From assembly GCA_050287085.1 (NCBI GenBank), contig JBNKBE010000003.1, positions 271,350-335,349 of the forward strand: a stretch of DNA of 64,000 nucleotides, given 5' to 3'. A program made the position numbers and the translations under genes. Positions 58,224-64,000 of this stretch are shown in pieces. The notes below the pieces were generated by a model. It was not told where the DNA came from and ran no database searches. It saw only the letters and a program-made list of their open reading frames with translations. Each line of letters opens with the position of its first letter. The stretch's first letter is position 1. The stretch comes from Polyangiaceae bacterium (GTDB lineage: Bacteria > Myxococcota_A > Polyangia > Polyangiales > Polyangiaceae).

Positions 58224-59335
58224 GATTGCGCTCGTCGGATGGCGGCGTACATCGCGTCCGGCAAATCGTACCCTGCTGCCTGCAGAGCCGACAAGCATTC
58301 CGGCCGATTTCCAGTAGCTTCAAGTTGGCTTTCTTGAAGCGAGGTACCCCGCGTCCCGGTGTAGCGGCGAACGTACAAGTCGTTGAGAACGTAGCGGTTC
58401 CCCTCGTCGCAGCCGACCACTTCCGTGATGTGCGTCACGCCTCGAGAGCCATCCGCCAGACGCGCCACCTGCACGATCGCATTCACAGCGGAGGCAATCT
58501 GCGTCCGAAGGGCAGTGAGCGGCAGTTCGACGTTGCTCATCAACGCCATGGTCTCTAGCCGGCTGAGCGTATCCTTCGGATAGGTCGCGTGAACGGTGGA
58601 CAGACACCCACCGTGGCCTGAGGTCATCGCCTGCACTAACTCCAAGGCCTCACCTCCACGGATTTCGCCGACCACGATGCGATCCGGACGCATGCGCAGG
58701 GTGGCCTTGAATAGATCGCGAATGGTGATCTGCCCCCGCCCGCGGGGGTCTGGCGGGCGGGCTTCCAATTGCACAACGTGATTCTGCTGCAACTGAAGTT
58801 CGCGAGCGTCCTCGATCACCACAACGCGGTCCCCACTCGGAATGAACGAGGAAAGACAATTGAGCAGGCTGGTCTTGCCGGAGCCGGTTCCGCCGGCAAC
58901 AATGACGTTTTGTTTGGCGGCAACGATGGCCTGCATCACGGACGCCGCGTCGGACGTGACAGATCCAAACTGCAGCAGCTTATCGATCGTCAAAGTGTCT
59001 TTAGAGAAGCGCCGAATGGCCACGGACGGACCCTCTGGCGAGATGGGCGGAAGCAAAGCTTCGATGCGTGAGCCATCAGGAAGGCGCCCTTCCAAGATGG
59101 GGTGCAGCTCGTCCAAAGGACGCCCTACAAACTGGGCAATATTACGCAGCGCGCTCATCAGCTGCTCAACGGACTTGAAAGACGCCTCGGTCTTGTGAAT
59201 CTGCCCCTTGCGCTCGATGAAGATCTCGCTGGGTCCGTTGATCATCACCTCACTGACGCTCGGGTCGTCGAGAAATGGGATGATCGGGGCCAGAAAACCA
59301 CGAATCGACTCTTCGTAGACATTCTTCGGGATCAC
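58220..59335 (-). CDS. cpaF: CpaF/TadA-family secretion ATPase (short form)
   Basis: DPSVSEVMING, RLPDGSR, GGTGSGKT, IED..EL, LRMRPDRIVVGE.RG.EA, GH.G..ST.HA. Confidence 0.92.
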   Translation of the reverse strand: MIPKNVYEESIRGFLAPIIPFLDDPSVSEVMINGPSEIFIERKGQIHKTEASFKSVEQLMSALRNIAQFVGRPLDELHPILEGRLPDGSRIEALLPPISPEGPSVAIRRFSKDTLTIDKLLQFGSVTSDAASVMQAIVAAKQNVIVAGGTGSGKTSLLNCLSSFIPSGDRVVVIEDARELQLQQNHVVQLEARPPDPRGRGQITIRDLFKATLRMRPDRIVVGEIRGGEALELVQAMTSGHGGCLSTVHATYPKDTLSRLETMALMSNVELPLTALRTQIASAVNAIVQVARLADGSRGVTHITEVVGCDEGNRYVLNDLYVRRYTGTRGTSLQESQLEATGNRPECLSALQAAGYDLPDAMYAAIRRAQS

Positions 59336-60027
59336 GGGCTTGTCTCCCCTTGGGGTGCCACGTCGGCAGCGGGAGGCGCAATAGCCTGCTCGTTTGAAGG
59401 CACAACGCTCGAGGATTGTCCTGTAGCCGCAGCTACCTCGCCGGATGCGGGATGCGCGGCAAGCCAGCGCCGGACCTCGCGTCCATGCTTGCCCGCGCTA
59501 TCCACCTGCAGATACCGTTCATAGTAGAGCCGCGTGGCCGCCGGATCAGCGCTCACCTGCCAGAGAGTCTTGCCGTATAGGAACAGGACCTGCGGAGCGT
59601 TGGGGTCGAGCTCCAATGCAAAACGCAGCTGCTCAAGCCCCCGGTCCGGTTGGCCAAGGCCGACGTAGAGTGAGCCAGCCAAAGCGCGCAGCGCGACATC
59701 GTCTGGCTCGACCTCCAACTCCCGAAGTGCGTAGTTTAACGCAGAGCGCAGACGCGAAGCCTCCAAACACACGCGCAGCAATTCCTCCAGCACTGCGCGG
59801 CGCGGATAGCCAGCCGTGCGTGCCGCATTGAAGTAGTGCTCCGCCTTCACGTTGTCTCCCGCCTGCGCATAGAGCTGGGCTGTCTGAAACAACTTTGTTG
59901 GATCCGCCTGCGCAACAGTGCTCGGCACTTTGGCTTCCTCGGATGAATGTCCACAGGACATCGCACCGGTCAGCATCACCACGCCCGCCACGCCCCAGAG
60001 GGAAGCACGTTGTCCCGAAAGCACCAC
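59332..60027 (-). CDS. TPR lipoprotein (TadD-like)
   Basis: Lipobox AMSC, multiple TPR motifs 'ALELDPNAP'. Confidence 0.72.
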   Translation of the reverse strand: MVLSGQRASLWGVAGVVMLTGAMSCGHSSEEAKVPSTVAQADPTKLFQTAQLYAQAGDNVKAEHYFNAARTAGYPRRAVLEELLRVCLEASRLRSALNYALRELEVEPDDVALRALAGSLYVGLGQPDRGLEQLRFALELDPNAPQVLFLYGKTLWQVSADPAATRLYYERYLQVDSAGKHGREVRRWLAAHPASGEVAAATGQSSSVVPSNEQAIAPPAADVAPQGETSP

Positions 60028-60857
60028 TATCGCCCCTTGAGCTGGTGCTCGATACGACTTCCCAAGCGCACGAGTTGATCTACCTCAGGCAGAGCTTCCC
60101 CATGCAGCAGCTTCAGAAGCTCACGAACGTTGTCCAAGGCGCGGGGCAAATCCTTGTTTTCTAGCGCCAATTCGAGACGCAGTCGCGCGGCCGTGATATC
60201 CGTTCGGACTCGCTCTTGCCAACGGATGCCGGCCTCAGCGGTACGTTTGGCGCCATCAGCGTCGCCCGCTTTGCCGTAACACGAGCTCGCTTCCGCCAAT
60301 AGACGTCCCGCAAGTACCCCGTCGTGCGGGTCAAAAACGTAGCGTTCCTGCTTTGCCGCTGCACCGCGCTCCGCCTCGTGAGCACGATGCAGCGGCTGAC
60401 CTTCGGCGGCTCCGCACGGAACCGGACCAAAAAGCTCGGGGATCTTGATCTCATTGGCGGCGCTACCGTCCACCTTCTCGGGCGCAAAGAAGGATAGGAC
60501 CATGATGGCAACGGCCGCCGCCGCCGCAACCAATATCACTGGAGATGGCCCCCCTTTGCCAACAACCGATTCAGTGCGTGCCACCGTAAACCGGTACGCA
60601 CCCACGAAGAAGTCGGCATCGTAGGGGATCAGGCCGCCGACAAAATCCTTGCCCTCATGCATCATCGGGGGCGCGCCGTGGGCAAGTCGCAACTTAACCC
60701 CATCGTCCATGGGCTTGACCGAGAAATGCTGACCCAACATCTGAGCGTCTTCGAAGCGAATGGCGCTGTCTGAACCGCTACCGATGATGGCGCGTTCGAC
60801 GATCTGAAATCGGCGTTCAGGCTCTCCAGCGCGCGAAGCCTTGAGGGTTGCTTTCAT
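60027..60857 (-). CDS. Bitopic protein with degenerate N-terminal FHA-like domain
   Basis: 'AIIGSGSDSAIRFED......HF' FHA-like pattern lacking the GR arginine; TM segment; helical C-terminal domain. Confidence 0.6.
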   Translation of the reverse strand: MKATLKASRAGEPERRFQIVERAIIGSGSDSAIRFEDAQMLGQHFSVKPMDDGVKLRLAHGAPPMMHEGKDFVGGLIPYDADFFVGAYRFTVARTESVVGKGGPSPVILVAAAAAVAIMVLSFFAPEKVDGSAANEIKIPELFGPVPCGAAEGQPLHRAHEAERGAAAKQERYVFDPHDGVLAGRLLAEASSCYGKAGDADGAKRTAEAGIRWQERVRTDITAARLRLELALENKDLPRALDNVRELLKLLHGEALPEVDQLVRLGSRIEHQLKGR

Positions 60858-61777
60858 CAGAAACTCCCGCCGCCTGAAAGAAAAGGTCCCATCAATAAGA
60901 TGAGAATACACCCCATGAGCAGCATCATGGGGATAATCATGAACACCCCAGCACGAGCGGCCGCCTCCTCTGCTAGCACGCTCCTCCGCATCCGCGCCGA
61001 AGTCGCCTGGATCCGAAGGGCGTCGGCGATTGGATTGCCCTTCTCCTCCGCCTGAATCAAGGCTCGCGTGAAGTCACGGACAGCATCGGTCGGCACACGC
61101 TCTTCAAGTTCCGTCAAGGCTTGCTTTCGAGTCTGTCCTAGCTCAAGCCCGCGCAGCAAGCCTCCAAGCTCTTGGGCGACGACATCCTGCTCGTCTCCCC
61201 CTTCGCTGATCTGACGGAGCGCTCCAGGAAAATCCATCCCCGCCCCCATGCACATGGCCGCCACATCGAGCGCTGCCGGCAGGCCCCGGTCCATGCGCTT
61301 CTGACGGCTGGCGGCCTCATTTCCCAGCTGGGAATGAATCAGCCAGTAGCCCGCACCGGCCCCGATGGCTATCCAAAGAAGGCCTCCGTCGGTCCACACC
61401 ATCACGGCAGCTCCCATGGAACCACATGCCCCAATGCCCACGAGCAACATCGCGATGTACTCGTCTTCAGTAAGACCTAGGTAATAGCCGGCTTCCACGA
61501 GACGCTGACCTTGCACCGCCCCCCACTCGGACAGTCGGGCACCGAGCCCAAAAGGATTGGTGCGCCTGAGCTCCGCCAGAACGGCCCCAATCCGTCGAAT
61601 CAGTGGCTCCGCCACGCGAAATCCGCTGTTCTCTTCCAAAGCCAGAGTGCGCTGACGGCCTCGACTGCCCAACGTCGGACGGGCGATCAAGGGTACGGCT
61701 AGAAACCCGTACACCAGCCAGCCGAGCCCAACGAAAAGCAGGCCGATCGCGGGGTAGCGCAGAAGTGAGTAGTCCAC
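60857..61777 (-). CDS. tadC: Tad pilus platform protein TadC (T2SSF family)
   Basis: 'LP.ALD....M.AG.DF..AL', 'G.TR..AL', 'QAEEKG.PI..AL..Q....R..R...AEE.A'. Confidence 0.88.
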   Translation of the reverse strand: MDYSLLRYPAIGLLFVGLGWLVYGFLAVPLIARPTLGSRGRQRTLALEENSGFRVAEPLIRRIGAVLAELRRTNPFGLGARLSEWGAVQGQRLVEAGYYLGLTEDEYIAMLLVGIGACGSMGAAVMVWTDGGLLWIAIGAGAGYWLIHSQLGNEAASRQKRMDRGLPAALDVAAMCMGAGMDFPGALRQISEGGDEQDVVAQELGGLLRGLELGQTRKQALTELEERVPTDAVRDFTRALIQAEEKGNPIADALRIQATSARMRRSVLAEEAAARAGVFMIIPMMLLMGCILILLMGPFLSGGGSF

Positions 61778-61786
61778 GATAGCCTC

Positions 61787-62641
61787 CTAGACGTCCACGG
61801 CGAGAATCTTACGGGCGAGAAGGCCAGCGCTGATCCACAGGATAGCCGCGCCGCTCAGAAGAAGATTTCCCATGAACGTTTCGAACATGGGCTTGAAGAA
61901 CTCCGGCATCATGGAGTTGATCGAAAAGAAGAGCGGGATAGGAATAGCGCTGATAACCCACGCCTGGGCTTTGCCTTCAGCTGTCTTGGTCCGTACCACA
62001 CCCTCGAGCCGCGCCATTTCGCGTAAGCTCTCGGCTGCACGCTCCAAAGTATGTGGCAGGTTTCCACCACTTGAGCGCGCGACAACCAGGGTCGACATCA
62101 CCGTACGCACCGATCGACTGCCGATGCGCTCTGCCCCGAGGGTCAACGCGCGGTCCAGCGGCGTGCCCAGATGGTACTCCTTCAAAATGAGGTCGATCTC
62201 ATCCCGAATCGGAGGCTCCACAATGGTGAGCGTCGCCTGCAGTGAATCTCCGATCGCCGGCGTTGCCTTTAGTGCATTGGCTAGCGACGTGACCCATCCA
62301 TCGAGCTGTTCCTCGATCCGGTTCACGCGCTTGGCATGCTGCTGCCCCAGAATCACATTCGCCAGCGGAACCGCACATAACACCACTGCTCCCAAGAGTG
62401 GCAGCCACAGCAGCAACAGCACGGACGCCGCGATGGCGAGGCCCTGTCCAAGCACGAAGGTCTCCGCCTTCGTCTTCGAATGCATGAGCTTCAGCTTGCT
62501 GGCGATCGACGCGGTGTACGCCCGCAAGCGAGCGCGCGTCTTGGTCTCATAAGGAATCAACTCGTAGGCCAAGAACGTACTGAGCCCAAGGCTCAACAGC
62601 GCTAGCGCCAACCGACCCCAAATGTACGCGGGTACACTCAT
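61787..62641 (-). CDS. tadB: Tad pilus platform protein TadB (T2SSF family)
   Basis: 'EQL.....LANALKA', 'PPI..E', 'G..L..AL', 'SGGNL...L', 'TAEGK.QA'. Confidence 0.88.
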   Translation of the reverse strand: MSVPAYIWGRLALALLSLGLSTFLAYELIPYETKTRARLRAYTASIASKLKLMHSKTKAETFVLGQGLAIAASVLLLLWLPLLGAVVLCAVPLANVILGQQHAKRVNRIEEQLDGWVTSLANALKATPAIGDSLQATLTIVEPPIRDEIDLILKEYHLGTPLDRALTLGAERIGSRSVRTVMSTLVVARSSGGNLPHTLERAAESLREMARLEGVVRTKTAEGKAQAWVISAIPIPLFFSINSMMPEFFKPMFETFMGNLLLSGAAILWISAGLLARKILAVDV

Positions 62642-64000
62642 AGGTATTCTCCGTCCTCCACAAGTCCATTCGTAATGAACTGGTCCAAAAACGTCGGCAG
62701 GTAGCCGGTCGCTCGAAACTCTCCTTCGATCTTCCCCTTGGGGCTCGTGCCCGTTCGCACGTATGCGAAGATCTCGTTGATCTCGATTTCGCCGTCGTCG
62801 CCAATACCGCAAACTTCAGCAACACTCGTAACGCGACGACTGCCATCGGAGAGTCGAGTCTGCTGGAGGATGATGTGAACGCTGGCTGCGATCTGCGAGC
62901 GGATCGCCCGTATCGGCAAGTCCATACCCGCCATAAGACACAACGTCTCAATCCTGGCTATCGCCTCTTTCGGACTGTTGGCATGTGTGGTCGTCATCGA
63001 CCCTTCATGCCCAGTATTCATCGCCTGAAGCATGTCGATGGCCTCCCCCCCGCGACACTCACCGACCACGATGCGATCCGGTCGCATGCGCAACGCGTTC
63101 TTCACCAAATCGCGAATGGAGTATTCACCCTTACCTTCGAGGTTGGCGGGGCGTGATTCAAGAGAAACGACATGAGTCTGGGCCAGCTGAAGCTCTGCGG
63201 CATCTTCGATAGTAACGACTCGTTCCGACTCAGGTATCGATGCCGACAAGACGTTCAGCAATGTCGTCTTGCCACTGCCCGTTCCGCCTGAGATGACAAT
63301 GTTGCGCCGAACGCGTACCGCGCGGTCCAGAAACCGCGCGATCCGGTCTGTCATCGCCCCGAAGCTTATCAAGTCCTTGATCGTCAGCGGGGTCTTCGCA
63401 AACTTGCGGATCGTGATGCAGGGGCCCTTGATGGCCAAGGGCGGAATCACCGCGTTGACGCGCGAGCCGTCTTTGAGACGAGCATCGACCAGCGGCGTCG
63501 ATTCATCGATCCTTCTCCCAAGCGGAGTCACGATGCGTTCGATAGCCGCACGCACGGATTCGTTGTCCGTAAAGCGAGTGCCGGTCATCTCTAGGCGCCC
63601 GCGACGTTCGACGAAGATCGTCTGCGGATCGACCACCATGATCTCGGAAATATCGGGGTCGGCGAGCAGGTCCTCGAGTGGTCCGAGTCCCAGAGCCTCG
63701 TTGGTTAGCTCCTGAATCAGAAGTTCGCGATCGGCGTGCGCAGGCAGTTCGGACGCCAGTTGGACCACGATACGACGCAGCGCATTGACCACCTTCTCGC
63801 GCAACGACGGGTCGGCAAGCGCGTGACGATCCAGCGTTGGAAGGTCGAGATTGTCCAGCAGTTGTCGCTGAATGCGTCTTCGCAAGAGCGGTGACTCAAC
63901 GCCTGAACTCCGGGAGCGAACCGGTGGCAACTCCGCCATGGAGAGCTGAGGTCGCCGTGACTGGGAAGGCTTGGCGACGGCGGACTGCGGCGAAGGAGTC
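62638..64000 (-). CDS. cpaF: Second CpaF/TadA ATPase, long form; frame open beyond the right edge
   Basis: LGLGPLEDLLADP.ISEIMV, RRIDESTP.VDARL.DGSRVN, GGTGSGKT, LRMRPDRIVVGECRG.EA, NTGHEG; no stop between ATG 63939 and window end. Confidence 0.92.
   Translation of the reverse strand, partial: TPSPQSAVAKPSQSRRPQLSMAELPPVRSRSSGVESPLLRRRIQRQLLDNLDLPTLDRHALADPSLREKVVNALRRIVVQLASELPAHADRELLIQELTNEALGLGPLEDLLADPDISEIMVVDPQTIFVERRGRLEMTGTRFTDNESVRAAIERIVTPLGRRIDESTPLVDARLKDGSRVNAVIPPLAIKGPCITIRKFAKTPLTIKDLISFGAMTDRIARFLDRAVRVRRNIVISGGTGSGKTTLLNVLSASIPESERVVTIEDAAELQLAQTHVVSLESRPANLEGKGEYSIRDLVKNALRMRPDRIVVGECRGGEAIDMLQAMNTGHEGSMTTTHANSPKEAIARIETLCLMAGMDLPIRAIRSQIAASVHIILQQTRLSDGSRRVTSVAEVCGIGDDGEIEINEIFAYVRTGTSPKGKIEGEFRATGYLPTFLDQFITNGLVEDGEYL

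Noticed and set aside
1..64000. Numerous long antisense or alternate-frame ORFs (e.g. 9070-9843, 30735-31742, 49729-50832, 27238-27969)
   Set aside because: They shadow well-supported genes and are expected in high-GC DNA; no motifs recognised
58220..64000. Conjugative VirB11/TrbB interpretation of the ATPases
   Set aside because: Flanking TadB/TadC genes and the absence of VirB4, relaxase or coupling protein indicate a Tad-type system

Overview
GC-rich, gene-dense chromosomal segment, most likely from a myxobacterium (Myxococcota, probably Polyangiales). This is inferred from a MYXO-CTERM tail, myxococcal Cys-rich (DUF4215) repeats, eukaryote-like Ser/Thr kinases and HDOD/FHA/TPR proteins. 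About 52 CDS are supportable, plus one clear cobalamin riboswitch. I saw no rRNA, tRNA, CRISPR array, transposase or phage genes. Housekeeping and metabolic genes include an APS reductase with an unusual N-terminal CxxC domain, rdgB, alaA, trkAH, arfB, egtBD, bfr, a NarK-type nitrate transporter with a PP2C-kinase fusion, an RND pump, pgpA, a B12 uptake operon and a KAS. The three most notable loci are: (1) a free-standing five-gene type III secretion translocon/tip-filament operon at 25776-28878 (small coiled-coil protein, Bsp22/EspA-like tip protein, SycD/LcrH chaperone, SctE- and SctB-like translocators) with no injectisome genes in the window; (2) a ~1720-aa SLC12/CCC-type transporter fused to a long helical region, a P-loop NTPase and a putative winged helix, coupled to an MscS-like gene; (3) a Tad-like cluster with two CpaF ATPases plus FHA and TPR proteins, resembling the myxobacterial Kil contact-killing apparatus and truncated by the right edge. 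Also seen are a ~62-bp dispersed intergenic repeat (two copies, both between convergent genes) and several structured leaders. All family calls come from motif recognition by eye; no database searches were run.
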